Positions 34,108 to 45,428 of a DNA stretch of 64,000 nt are shown one piece after another. Numbering within the stretch: position 1 is the first letter of the stretch; the number at the start of each line of letters is the position of its first letter. Source of the stretch: Nitrospirota bacterium (GTDB lineage Bacteria > Nitrospirota > JACRHJ01). The notes beneath the pieces were generated by a model. It was given only the letters and a program-made list of their open reading frames with translations. It did not search any database and had not been told where the DNA came from. The DNA lies in NCBI GenBank assembly GCA_963845245.1, contig CAWJRJ010000016.1, forward strand, positions 160,001-224,000. The letters are read 5' to 3'. Made by a program: the position numbers and the translations under genes.

Positions 34108-34455
34108 ATGAATAAGAAGCTTTTGGCGGCCATAGATGAAGTTTATCGGGAAATTATGGCCATGACCAAAGAAGAATTTTATAAAAAGATCGGCGATCAC
34201 GAGGAAGGTGATGTTGCAAGGTTTTTAATAGAAACTAATGCCTTTGAAGCCGAAGATGTTATATGCCAATCATTTGAAGGCAATAATTGGAAAACAGAAA
34301 CAATAAGCAAAACGTTTTCGATGAAGGAAACGGCTTGTTGTTTGAGTGGTAATTTTTATTCGTCCTCTCTGATTGGTACTATAGGAGCACGAATCATAGA
34401 AAATGACAAAGAGAAGGATGACGATAAATGCAACCTGTTAGCGATGGCAGCGTAA
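34108..34455 (+). CDS. Putative antitoxin with disordered C-terminal tail
   Basis: Small acidic ORF between the ART-like and SecB-like genes; AGGAG upstream; ends ...DDDKCNLLAMAA*. Confidence 0.55.
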   Translation: MNKKLLAAIDEVYREIMAMTKEEFYKKIGDHEEGDVARFLIETNAFEAEDVICQSFEGNNWKTETISKTFSMKETACCLSGNFYSSSLIGTIGARIIENDKEKDDDKCNLLAMAA

Positions 34456-34940
34456 AGTCTGCCTTTTCTTTTGAATCATATAAAATAGACGATATTTCTT
34501 TTGAAATGAAGAAATATGTCGAATTGCTTGAATATACTGGGAATTTCGATTCTAACGCATGGGTCCCGCATGTTGAGATAGGGAAACCCGTTTATTTAGT
34601 GAAAGAGCAGAAATATATCTCCAGTCTGGAAGTTAAATTACAGCTCATGCCTTATAAAGAGGAAGAAAAAAAAGAAGAAGTCCCAGAGCCGCTTTTGAAT
34701 TGCGAGTTACATATCTCCGGTCTATTTTCGGTTGAAAAGGGACGGCTTACAGAAGAAGTTGAAAAAAATCTTGTAAAGATCCAATTGCCCGCCCTGCTGA
34801 TGCCTTATGCCAGGGGAGTTTTAACGTCTATTTTATCAAATGCAGGGTTTGGAACAGTCATATTGCCCTTGATAAATATTAACGAATTAGCTCGGCAGGT
34901 TGAGGGCGAGTTAGAAATCCAATTATTAACGACTGATTAA
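34428..34940 (+). CDS. SecB-like chaperone
   Basis: ISGLF...IQLPALLMPYARGVLTSILSNAGFGTVILPLIN matches the SecB-family C-terminal pattern. Confidence 0.8.
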   Translation: MQPVSDGSVKSAFSFESYKIDDISFEMKKYVELLEYTGNFDSNAWVPHVEIGKPVYLVKEQKYISSLEVKLQLMPYKEEEKKEEVPEPLLNCELHISGLFSVEKGRLTEEVEKNLVKIQLPALLMPYARGVLTSILSNAGFGTVILPLININELARQVEGELEIQLLTTD

Positions 34941-35012
34941 TCCAGCAGCCCTGCTATTTCCTCCAAACTCCCAATATGGGCAGAAACACCTGCCTCCAAA
35001 CCTACTATTTCC

Positions 35013-35041
35013 TTGACTTCAAATTGATTGTCGTCTAAAAT
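35013..35041 (+). promoter_or_regulatory. sigma70-like promoter for the ffh operon
   Basis: TTGACT -17 bp- TAAAAT. Confidence 0.55.
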
Positions 35042-35132
35042 CACTTTTTCCCTTTATAGGGTGGGGACAGGTATGCTCATGTCCCGATGCCCGGCTAAAG
35101 GGGCAATATATTTAAAAAACAAGGGGTTTTAG

Positions 35133-36466
<1,334 letters not shown>

Positions 36467-36519
36467 GTTCCGCGCGTTATACGGCGCGGTTTGGATAATA
36501 CAAGAAGGAGGTGATTTAG

Positions 36520-36783
36520 ATGGCGGTAAGGATCAGACTCACAAGGAAGGGGACGCACAAGGCTCCCTACTATCGTATTGTTGCTGCGGATTCCAGGATG
36601 CCCAGAGACGGGCGTTTCCTCGAAATACTCGGCACATACGACCCGCTGCAGAACCCTGCAGTTATACAGATGGACGAGGAGAAGGTAATAACCTGGCTCA
36701 AAAAAGGTGCCACCCCCTCGGACACTGCTAAAATCCTCATGAAGAAAACCGGGATTTTTGGTAAGCTTAAAGAGACGGCATAG
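36520..36783 (+). CDS. rpsP: 30S ribosomal protein S16
   Basis: MAVRIRL.R.G....PYYRIVAADSR.PRDGRFLE.LG.YDP. Confidence 0.98.
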   Translation: MAVRIRLTRKGTHKAPYYRIVAADSRMPRDGRFLEILGTYDPLQNPAVIQMDEEKVITWLKKGATPSDTAKILMKKTGIFGKLKETA

Positions 36784-36830
36784 TTTTCAATCTCAATATC
36801 AGCCGGCACGACTGACACGCGGAGGTGAAT

Positions 36831-37061
36831 ATGAAGGCCCTCATCGAATACATTGCCAAATCTCTGGTAGACAACCCGGAAGCGGTTTCAGTAGCCGAGG
36901 TTGAGGGAGAGAAGACCACCGTGATCGAACTCAGGGTGGCCCAGACCGACCTGGGCAAGGTTATCGGCAAGGAAGGCAAGACCGCCCGGGCCATGCGCAC
37001 CATCTTGAATGCCGCCGGTACGAAGATAGGCAAAAGATGCGTACTGGAGATACTGGAATAG
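36831..37061 (+). CDS. khpA: KH-domain RNA-binding protein KhpA
   Basis: [21 protein letters not shown]; located between rpsP and rimM. Confidence 0.93.
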   Translation: MKALIEYIAKSLVDNPEAVSVAEVEGEKTTVIELRVAQTDLGKVIGKEGKTARAMRTILNAAGTKIGKRCVLEILE

Positions 37062-37576
37062 GCAAATCTGTCGTAGTCGGCGTAGTATTAAAGCCTGTCG
37101 GGCTCAAGGGTGAGCTTAAGATCAAATCCCTTTCAGACAACCCGGACAGGTACGCCCCTGGCAAGAGGATATGGGTCCAGACCCCCAAAGGGCCTGAAGA
37201 CTTTGTCATCACCGGGGCGAGAGAGACCAAGGGCATCTTTGTCGTCTCGCTCGAAGGCGTTACAGACATCGACCGCGCGGAGCAGTTGCGCGGCCTTGAT
37301 GTCTTCGTACCCGAGAGCGAGGTGCCGCCGCTGCCTGAAGGCGAGTATTACCACTACCAGATACTCGGCCTGCCGGTCTACAACTACAAGGGTGTCCTGC
37401 TCGGCAAGGTCGACGATATCTTCACCGCCGGCGTCAAGGATGTCTACGTCGTCAAGGGACAGGGTAAAGAGTATATGATACCGGTCAACGACGATACGGT
37501 GGACGAAATCGACGTGAAGGGCGGCAGGATAACCCTCAAACGTATGAAAGGCTACCTGCCTGAAGATGAAGTTTGA
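37037..37576 (+). CDS. rimM: Ribosome maturation factor RimM (start uncertain)
   Basis: G.....VGLKGEL, LPEGEYY.YQILG, DVYVV, YMIP; operon context. Confidence 0.92.
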   Translation: MRTGDTGIGKSVVVGVVLKPVGLKGELKIKSLSDNPDRYAPGKRIWVQTPKGPEDFVITGARETKGIFVVSLEGVTDIDRAEQLRGLDVFVPESEVPPLPEGEYYHYQILGLPVYNYKGVLLGKVDDIFTAGVKDVYVVKGQGKEYMIPVNDDTVDEIDVKGGRITLKRMKGYLPEDEV

Positions 37577-38316
37577 AGTACTGACCCTTTTCCCGGGTAT
37601 CGTGAACGCCGCCCTCTCTGACAGCATCCTGAAGAAGGCGATGGAAAAGGGGCTGCTTGAGGTCAAGGTAACGGACCTCCGTGATTTTACCCACGACAGG
37701 CACAATACCGCCGACGATGCCCCTTTTGGCGGAGGCCCGGGCATGGTCATGAAGCCGGAGCCGGTCTTCGAGGCGGTCGAAAGGATAAAAGCGGAAGCGG
37801 AAGGGGAGTGCGTCAGGGTAATACTGATGTCACCACAGGGCGAGGTCTTCAACCACAAGAAGGCACTTGAGTTCTCCCGCGAAAAATGCAAGCTGGTCCT
37901 GATCTGCGGCAGGTACGAGGGGATAGACGAGCGTGTCAGGCTTGCGCTCGTCGACGAGGAAATCTCCATCGGGGATTTCGTCCTCTCGGGCGGTGAGATG
38001 GCCGCCGCCGTGGTTATAGAGGCCGCGGCAAGGCTGATGCCCGGCGTGCTTGGCACCGATGAATCAGCGGAGCTTGACTCGTTCTACGACGGGCTCCTCG
38101 ATTACCCGCATTATACCAGGCCGGCGCAATTCCAGGGATATGTCGGTCCCCGATGTGCTTCTCTCCGGGAACCACGCCGAGATAAGGCGCTGGAGGAGGA
38201 AGGAAGCCCTGAAGGCCACCATGAAGAAGCGCCCTGACCTGCTGGAAAAGGTTGAACTTGGCCCGGAGGACAAAAAGCTGATGGGCGAGATAGAAGCTGA
38301 GATGTGGGAAGGATAG
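37566..38316 (+). CDS. trmD: tRNA (guanine37-N1)-methyltransferase TrmD, frameshift near 38135
   Basis: [51 protein letters not shown]. Confidence 0.96.
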
Positions 38317-38876
38317 ACACCTCTCAAATATTCGTCGCCCTGCTGCACCACCCGGTCTACAACAAGACCGGTGCCATAGTGACCACGGCGATAACGAACC
38401 TCGACCTGCACGATATCGCGCGTACCTCGACGACGTTTGCACTGGGCGGCTACTATGTAGTGAACCCGCAGCCCGCGCAGAGGGAGCTTGCAGGCAGGAT
38501 AACCGCCCACTGGGTAAGTGGTTTCGGCGCGGAGTACAACCCGAACAGGGGCGAGGCGCTCGGCAATATCAGGATCGTCTCCGAACTATCCGACGCGATG
38601 GCAGACATCGAACAGCGCTGCGGAAAACGGCCAAAGACGATCGCCACGGCCGCAAAGGGCGCCGATGGGGCTATAGGATATAACCGCATGAGGGAGACGC
38701 TGAAGGAAGGCGGCCCGCACGTGCTGCTTTTCGGCACCGGCTGGGGCCTTACCCGTGAATTTCTGGCCTCGTGCGACTATATGCTGAAGCCCATAGAGGG
38801 CCTCGGGGGATATAACCACCTGCCGGTTCGTTCGGCGGTTGCGATTATACTTGACAGACTGCTATCCAATAGGTAA
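38304..38876 (+). CDS. SPOUT-class RNA methyltransferase (trmD-associated)
   Basis: [49 protein letters not shown]. Confidence 0.85.
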   Translation: MGRIDTSQIFVALLHHPVYNKTGAIVTTAITNLDLHDIARTSTTFALGGYYVVNPQPAQRELAGRITAHWVSGFGAEYNPNRGEALGNIRIVSELSDAMADIEQRCGKRPKTIATAAKGADGAIGYNRMRETLKEGGPHVLLFGTGWGLTREFLASCDYMLKPIEGLGGYNHLPVRSAVAIILDRLLSNR

Positions 38877-38933
38877 TAATTCCCGGTCGGCACTAACGGT
38901 GTCGCCGGAATCATCAGTCAGGAGGATTTAAAG

Positions 38934-39333
38934 ATGAACATACTGGACTCCATCGAGAAGGAGCAGATGAGGGAGATCCCGGATTTTGCCATAGGGGACA
39001 CGCTCAAGGTGTCGCTTAAGGTAAAAGAGGGCGAAAAAGAGCGTATTACAGGTATTCGAGGGCGTCTGCATCGCCAGGAGCGGTGGCGGCGCGCGCGAGA
39101 CCTTCACCGTCCGCAAGGTATCCTACGGCGAGGGCGTCGAGAGGACGATACCGCTTCACTCCCCGCTTATCGAGAAGATACTGGTTGCCAAGCACGGCAG
39201 CGTTGCCCGCGCCAAGCTCTTCTACCTGCGCGAGCTCTCGGGCAAGGCGACAAGGATAAAAGAGAAGGAATACAGGCCGGAAAAGGCCGCCAAGGCGAAA
39301 GCCGCGAAGGCAGCCAAAGCAGCAGGCAAGTAA
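38934..39333 (+). CDS. rplS: 50S ribosomal protein L19, frameshift near 39050
   Basis: [22 protein letters not shown], then [24 protein letters not shown]...RAKLFYLR in a shifted frame. Confidence 0.95.
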
Positions 39334-39365
39334 ACCGCCACTCCAAGGGGTGTCCAAGGAGTACT

Positions 39366-40029
39366 ATGGCCGGCCCGGGCAAAAAAAATTCTGAACTCAG
39401 CTTCACTTTCGAGGAAGGCATCATGCCTTCCTTGTATTTTTTTGAGCTGGACATGTCAGGCCGGGGCTACTTCAGGATTGCCGGGGTGGACGAGGCAGGC
39501 CGCGGCCCGCTTGCAGGGCCTGTTGTGGCGGGCTGTGTAATACTAAAGCCCGGCCAGACGATAGAGGGGGTCAACGACTCCAAGAAGCTCACCGAGAAGC
39601 AGAGGGACAAGCTCTGCACCACCATCTGCTCGGAAGCGCTTCGACTTCGGCGTCGGCGTCGTCGAGGCGGACGAGATAGACCGGATAAACATCCTCCAGG
39701 CATCAAAGAAGGCGATGCTTCTCGCGATAGAAGACCTGAAACACCCGCCCGACTACCTGCTGATAGACGCCATGACCCTTGAGATAAACATCCCGCAGAA
39801 GCCGCTCATCAAGGGCGACGCACGAAGCGCGTCCATCGCCGCCGCATCCATAATCGCAAAGACCACCCGCGACCGCATAATGCTCGGGCACCACGCAAGG
39901 TACCCGGAGTACGGCTTCGACGGCCACAAAGGCTACGGCTGCAAGACACACATGGAAGCGATAAAAAAACACGGCCCATGCCCGATACACAGGCTGAGCT
40001 TCAAGGGGGTATGTACTCGTGAACTATAA
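39366..40029 (+). CDS. rnhB: Ribonuclease HII, frameshift near 39640 (start uncertain)
   Basis: [49 protein letters not shown]. Confidence 0.95.
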
Positions 40030-40717
40030 AGACTCGATGTGGGCTGACCCGGAATTTTCGGACAACTACGCCAATAACGCCGACAGCATAATCCTTGAGC
40101 GCAGCAGGCTCATCGGTGTCCTGAAGTCCTTCTACGGCCATTTTCTTGCGGACCGTGGGCATGTGGACGTGCTGGACCTGGGCTGCGGGGACGGCACTCT
40201 CACGCTTGAACTCATGAAGGAGTATTCCAACTTCTCCGCGATGCTGCTCGACGGCTCCGAGGACATGCTGAAGAAGGCGAAGGAGCGCGTCCACGGAAGC
40301 CGCGTGGAGTTCGTCAACGCAAGCTTCCAGGAGGTCCTGGGCGGGAAGTTCGACCTGCCGGAATTCGATTTCATATTCTCCTCCCTCGCGATACACCACC
40401 TTGAGACCGAGGAGAAGGAAGACCTCTACGCATATATCCGCGACAGCCTCAGGCAGGAAGGATGCTTCGTGAACATCGACGTCGTCCTGCCGCCTTCCGA
40501 GGACCTTGAAAAATGGTACCTCGAAGTATGGCGCGACTGGGTGGACGACACGGGGCTTGAGGACGGCCTGGAACTTATAAACAGGTACAAGGGCAACCAG
40601 GACAACAAGCCCGACACCCTCCAGCGCCAGCTTGACATGCTGAACCGCCTTGGTTTCAAAGACGTCGACTGCTACTACAAGAACGGCATCTTCGCCGTGT
40701 TCGGCGGCAGGAAGTAA
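40019..40717 (+). CDS. Class I SAM-dependent methyltransferase
   Basis: VLDLGCGDG, FDFIFSSLAIHHL. Confidence 0.88.
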   Translation: MNYKDSMWADPEFSDNYANNADSIILERSRLIGVLKSFYGHFLADRGHVDVLDLGCGDGTLTLELMKEYSNFSAMLLDGSEDMLKKAKERVHGSRVEFVNASFQEVLGGKFDLPEFDFIFSSLAIHHLETEEKEDLYAYIRDSLRQEGCFVNIDVVLPPSEDLEKWYLEVWRDWVDDTGLEDGLELINRYKGNQDNKPDTLQRQLDMLNRLGFKDVDCYYKNGIFAVFGGRK

Positions 40718-40818
40718 CACCTCGTCTCACTGTTTTTCCCCGGTACTCCTTTTGCCAACATACCCCTTTTCTGCTACAGTTTGAGTATCTTAATTTATCC
40801 TGCAAAGGAAATCGTGTC

Positions 40819-41457
40819 ATGTTCGCAATAAATCACGCAGCCACGGGTCTGATCATAAAAAAGATATACCCCGATGTACCGATGCCCATGATTTTAGTGT
40901 CAGTCCAACTGATAGAGGTCATCTGGGTAGCATTAAACTTCTTCGGCGTAGAAAAGACAACAACCGAAGACAAAGTAAAATCAGTCGGTGACGTACATCT
41001 AAAGTACATGCCGTTTTCCCACTCGGTTATTACCACGGCTGTTCTGGCGTCTGGCGCGTGGTTGCTCTTTACTTTTGGCTTCAAAGAGCATGATATAGGA
41101 ATGGCCGTTGGGCTGGGGATATGTTCCCATCTTGTGCTTGACCTGATAAGTCATGCCCGGGATATCGCCATCGCGCCATTTCTGGACGGCAGGAAGTTTG
41201 GCTTGGGGCTCTATGAGAAGAAGCCGGTTGTTGCCTTCGTGTTCGAGACAATCTATGGGATCTTCTGCTGGTGGGTATACGGAGGGAGTGCGGCGCTGTT
41301 CTGGATAATCGTAGTCTTTAATCTGGCTAACGCCTCTTTCTTCATTAGAGCCATACCCGGACCGGAAAGATTTTTGGCACATAGGCCAGCCTGGATTACT
41401 GCCGTAGTAGCACTGCAAATTATCGTAACGGCTGTACTTGTGGGGACATTCAGTTGA
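40819..41457 (+). CDS. Membrane protein, possibly a metal-dependent hydrolase
   Basis: N-terminal H, PFSHS and SHLVLDLISH motifs among transmembrane segments. Confidence 0.7.
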   Translation: MFAINHAATGLIIKKIYPDVPMPMILVSVQLIEVIWVALNFFGVEKTTTEDKVKSVGDVHLKYMPFSHSVITTAVLASGAWLLFTFGFKEHDIGMAVGLGICSHLVLDLISHARDIAIAPFLDGRKFGLGLYEKKPVVAFVFETIYGIFCWWVYGGSAALFWIIVVFNLANASFFIRAIPGPERFLAHRPAWITAVVALQIIVTAVLVGTFS

Positions 41458-41620
41458 GGTAATGTAACCGGCAGGAATGCCGATGTAAGAAGCCCGATGT
41501 CTGGCCCTGCTTTTGCCAACAAACCCTTTTTCTGTTAAAGTTTAAGCTTGATCCTGCTGTCGGCGTTATAATTTGAACAATTGAAAATAAACCAAATAAA
41601 ACTGAAAGGGTAATGGACAA

Positions 41621-42121
41621 ATGGAGTTTTTTGAAATAGTGGATGAGAGCGGTAATGTGATAGGTACGGCACCTCGCAACAAGTGTCACGGCGACCCGTC
41701 TCTTGTGCACAGGGCGGCACACGTATTGGTATTCAATAGCGAGGGGAAACTCCTCCTTCAGCTTCGCTCGAAAGACAAGGACATTCAGCCAGGCAAATGG
41801 GACACGTCTGTGGGTGGCCACCTCGGCGTAGGCGAGACCTATGAATTGGCCGCGGCGCGTGAGATGGAGGAAGAGCTGGGCATTACAGGGGCGAAACTCC
41901 AGTACCTCTACGACTACCCGCTAAGAAATGCAATCGAGTCGGAGAACATCAGGAGCTTCTACATCGTTTACGACGGGGCAGTGAAACACCAGCCAGAGGA
42001 GATAGACGAAGTCAGGTGGTGGGATATACGAGACGTACACAACTCTCTCGGCATCGGTATCTTCACGCCGAACTTCGAGGAGGAGTTCGGGCTGTATGAA
42101 AAATGGAGGGACGGCAGGTGA
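41621..42121 (+). CDS. NUDIX hydrolase (IPP-isomerase-like subgroup)
   Basis: HRAAHVLVFN, PGKWDTSVGGH, GETYELAAAREMEEELG Nudix box. Confidence 0.9.
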   Translation: MEFFEIVDESGNVIGTAPRNKCHGDPSLVHRAAHVLVFNSEGKLLLQLRSKDKDIQPGKWDTSVGGHLGVGETYELAAAREMEEELGITGAKLQYLYDYPLRNAIESENIRSFYIVYDGAVKHQPEEIDEVRWWDIRDVHNSLGIGIFTPNFEEEFGLYEKWRDGR

Positions 42122-43125
42122 GTGCAGTCTACCTTGGGACCCTGGAGCAGAGGGACCCCTTGTATGGTTATATCAAAAAAAGCGTCTTGCCCGAGATGGA
42201 GCGGGAGGTAAGAAACCCCGTGTTCCACGTGAGCAGGCTTCCGGGCTCGAACAAGGTATACAAATACCATGAGGAGCGCACGAGGCTTACCTTGATCGGG
42301 AAGTTTTACGGCATCAGCGAGCGATACAAGAAAGAAAGGCTCACGTCTGAGTTCAAGAACCTCAAAAAAGCCAGGGCGCTAGGCCTTTGCAACCTTCCCA
42401 ATTATGTAGTCCGCCCCATAGGCAGGGAGAAGAGTATCGGGCTTGGCATAATGGAAGAGTTTGTCGAAGGGAACGACCTGGACCATTACATAAAGAGGGC
42501 CGTCTACGAGGGCAGGCATGGAAGGCTCAAGCAGAGGCTTACCGACCTCGCGCGCTTCATAGCGGAACTTCACAAGAGGACCCTGACCCCGAAAGGCCTC
42601 GACATCCGTCCCTCGGTGGACTATTTCGGCAAGGTGCTTTGCAAGCTCAGGGAAAAGGGCATAGTCGACGACCGGATGGCAGAAAGGCTCGGCAGGTTAC
42701 GCGAGGCGTGGGTAGAGCGCGAGTACATGCTCGCTGACGGCAAGGTACTGATACACGGCGACGCGACACCCACGAACTTCCTTTTCCCGAAGGAGGACGG
42801 CGTTATTGCGATAGACCTTGAGAGGATGAGGCTTGGCGACCGTATGTTCGATGTGGGCATGGTTTGCGGCGAGCTGAAGCATGCCTTTATCTGGCGTATG
42901 GGAGACAAGTTCATCTCCGAGGGGCACATAGGACACTTCCTGGCCGAGTACGCGCGGCATTTTGGCGGGCATGGGACGTACAAGTCGGTCGTCCTGCGCA
43001 ACCCGTTCTACATGGCGCTCACGGAACTCAGGATCGCGCGGAACGGCTGGCTGGACGGCAGGCACAGGCGCAGGCTTGTGGACGAGGCCGAGGACTGCCT
43101 CAAATGGGGGCTCAGGCTTGAATAA
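42118..43125 (+). CDS. Aminoglycoside-phosphotransferase-family kinase
   Basis: HGDATPTNFL and IDLE motifs; GTG start overlapping the NUDIX stop. Confidence 0.85.
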   Translation: MSAVYLGTLEQRDPLYGYIKKSVLPEMEREVRNPVFHVSRLPGSNKVYKYHEERTRLTLIGKFYGISERYKKERLTSEFKNLKKARALGLCNLPNYVVRPIGREKSIGLGIMEEFVEGNDLDHYIKRAVYEGRHGRLKQRLTDLARFIAELHKRTLTPKGLDIRPSVDYFGKVLCKLREKGIVDDRMAERLGRLREAWVEREYMLADGKVLIHGDATPTNFLFPKEDGVIAIDLERMRLGDRMFDVGMVCGELKHAFIWRMGDKFISEGHIGHFLAEYARHFGGHGTYKSVVLRNPFYMALTELRIARNGWLDGRHRRRLVDEAEDCLKWGLRLE

Positions 43126-43831
43126 AATCAAAGCAGTAGTATTCGACCTTTACGGTACGCTCGTGAACATAAAAACGGACGAGCAGGACCCGGAGCTTTA
43201 TGCAGAGCTTTCGAAGTTCCTGTCATACAACCGCGTGACCATCAGCCCGGAGGAGTTGCAGACCTTTTACTCCGACGAAATAAAGAGGCAGCTGCAGAAC
43301 AAACGCGAGGAATTCCCCGAAGTGGACGTACTGAAGATTTTCAGGGTGGTCGTCCGCAGGTACGGCCACGGCAGGAACGACACGCACCTGCCTGTAAATA
43401 CCGCAAGGCTGTTCAGGTCCCTCTCCAGAAAGACGTTCGAGCCGTTCCCACGGGTCTACAGCATGCTGGAGAAGCTCAGGGATATATACCCGCTTGCGCT
43501 TCTTTCAGACGCCCAGAGGTGTTTCACGGAGCCTGAGATAGAGATGCTCAAGCTTACGTGGTTTTTCGACCATATCTTTATCTCCTCAGACTACGGCTTC
43601 AGAAAACCGGACCCTAGGTATTTCGGCATGGCCATCGAAGCGCTGGGTGTGAAGCCGAATGAGGCCGTGTATGTCGGCGACAACCCGTACAGGGACCTTT
43701 ACGGCGCAAAGAAGGCCGGCATGAGGATGGTGCTTGTGCGAAGTTCCGAGAGGGAATACGAAGGGTATGCCGCAGATGAATATCTGGGTGACATCGCTGA
43801 GCTAGGAAAAGCCTTGGAGGTTGATGGATAA
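43118..43831 (+). CDS. HAD-family hydrolase
   Basis: VVFDLYGTL, KPDP, YVGDNPYRDLYGAKKAGM; TTG start overlapping the kinase stop. Confidence 0.9.
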   Translation: MNKIKAVVFDLYGTLVNIKTDEQDPELYAELSKFLSYNRVTISPEELQTFYSDEIKRQLQNKREEFPEVDVLKIFRVVVRRYGHGRNDTHLPVNTARLFRSLSRKTFEPFPRVYSMLEKLRDIYPLALLSDAQRCFTEPEIEMLKLTWFFDHIFISSDYGFRKPDPRYFGMAIEALGVKPNEAVYVGDNPYRDLYGAKKAGMRMVLVRSSEREYEGYAADEYLGDIAELGKALEVDG

Positions 43832-43894
43832 TCTTTGTTTTTCGCACGGTTGGTAGTTGATTGTGTTATAATAAAATAAAAAGGGAGGTGGCAA

Positions 43895-44242
43895 ATGATC
43901 AGGGCCATCAACCGTGACGTGCTCAGGAAAAAACTACAGGAATCGCCCGGAAGGGTGATACTGATGGACGTCCGGGACAAGAACGACTATGAAGTTGAGC
44001 ATATAAAAGGGGCCATATCTGTCCCGATCGGCGAACTCCTGACCCGGTCAGTGCAGAACTGGGGCAGGGACCACGAAATAATTGTATATTGCGGGAGTTT
44101 TGAATGCCCTGCCAGCTCAAATGCCGCAAAAATGCTGGACGATGCAGGTTTTGATTACGTCCTCGATTATGAAGGCGGCCTGAAGGACTGGAAGACGGCC
44201 GGCTTTGTGACCGACGGAGTCGGCGAGGAAAGGGCGGCCTGA
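43895..44242 (+). CDS. Rhodanese-domain protein
   Basis: LMDVR....HIKGA, VYCGSFECPAS, YEGGLKDW. Confidence 0.9.
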   Translation: MIRAINRDVLRKKLQESPGRVILMDVRDKNDYEVEHIKGAISVPIGELLTRSVQNWGRDHEIIVYCGSFECPASSNAAKMLDDAGFDYVLDYEGGLKDWKTAGFVTDGVGEERAA

Positions 44243-44262
44243 GGCCTTGTTGACGAAGTTTG

Positions 44263-44294
44263 AAACCCCAGCCCGAGAGGGCTGGGGTTTTTTT
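44263..44294 (+). terminator. Rho-independent terminator
   Basis: AAACCCCAGCCC-GAGA-GGGCTGGGGTTTTTTT. Confidence 0.88.
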
Positions 44295-44391
44295 ATTAAA
44301 TGAGCCGGACGATTAAAAAAACAGTTGGACAAAAATCGGCCTTGATGATAGATTATAGAACCGCATATGCTACTATCCAGGGAGGCTTGAA

Positions 44392-45411
44392 ATGTCCATG
44401 CTAAGGGTGTTAAAAACTGCCGCAGTCTCGGTATCGCTCGCCTTTCTTATACTTACCTTTACAGCCGACGCGGCAGTCCTCGCTTTCAGGAACGTCGCAG
44501 AAGGCCAGCAGGCGCCGGATTTTACGCTGAAGGACACTGCCGGCAATGACGTAACTCTTTCCAGTAACGCAGGCAAGGTGGTGGTGGTGGTCTTCTTCAA
44601 GCCGGACCAGAAAACATCACAAGACGCCCTCTCGGACCTTGCGAAGATATACAGCAGGTACAAGACCAAAGGCGTCGTGGTCCTTGCCATAGTATCCGAA
44701 ATGGACGAGCAGTCAGCGCTCAAGGCCCTCATGGACAAAGAGAAGATAATGTTCCCCATACTTATCGACCAGGGCCGGAAGATATATGGCCAATGGGGCG
44801 CCTTCCTTTATCCGACTACTGCAGTGTTAAGCAAGGATGGAAAGGTCTTCAAGCACGTCCCCAGCCACAACCGTAAATATTCCGATGAAGTCGAAGGCTA
44901 CATCCGCGTTGCGCTTGGAGAGATAACTGCGGAAAAGCTCGAGCAGGAGTTGAACCCCGGCGAGATAAAGCAGTTGACCCCGGAGCAGAAGAAGGCCGAG
45001 CGCCACATGATGCTCGGACAGAAGCTTCTGGAGCGTAAGCTTGTTGACAAGGCCTCTGCCGAATTTGCGGAGGCGGTTGCGTCCGACCCGAACCTTGCCG
45101 AGGCAAAGGCGGCATACGGCTTCACGCTGCTCAAGCTTGGCGACGCGGCGAAGGCACAGGAAAATTTTACCAAAGCGCTTGAATTAAACCCCAGGATCGA
45201 CGACGCCAAGTGCGGCCTGGGAGCTTCATATGTAGCTTTGGGACAAGTGGACAAGGGAATAGAGGTGCTTGAGGACGCCCTCAAGGTGAACCCCAAGCCC
45301 GCGCGGGCTAATTTCGAGCTTGCGAAGGCATACGAGAAGAAAGGCGCGCTCGACAAGGCGGCGGAGCATTATAAAAAAGCTATTGAAGAACTGAGCGGCG
45401 GCAACTGGTAG
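44392..45411 (+). CDS. Exported redoxin-fold (AhpC/TSA-like, no active-site Cys) plus TPR protein
   Basis: Signal peptide, APDFTLKD..G....LS..GKVVVVVFF, FPILID, then TPR repeats. Confidence 0.8.
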   Translation: MSMLRVLKTAAVSVSLAFLILTFTADAAVLAFRNVAEGQQAPDFTLKDTAGNDVTLSSNAGKVVVVVFFKPDQKTSQDALSDLAKIYSRYKTKGVVVLAIVSEMDEQSALKALMDKEKIMFPILIDQGRKIYGQWGAFLYPTTAVLSKDGKVFKHVPSHNRKYSDEVEGYIRVALGEITAEKLEQELNPGEIKQLTPEQKKAERHMMLGQKLLERKLVDKASAEFAEAVASDPNLAEAKAAYGFTLLKLGDAAKAQENFTKALELNPRIDDAKCGLGASYVALGQVDKGIEVLEDALKVNPKPARANFELAKAYEKKGALDKAAEHYKKAIEELSGGNW

Positions 45412-45428
45412 TATCACCCCAAAAGGCA

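Noticed and set aside
35055..35100. Hairpin upstream of ffh as SRP RNA
   Set aside because: Lacks the SRP domain IV GGAA tetraloop/internal-loop motif and is too short; at most a leader hairpin.
42118..43125. Aminoglycoside resistance gene
   Set aside because: Only the generic APH/choline-kinase fold motifs are present; the context suggests metabolism.
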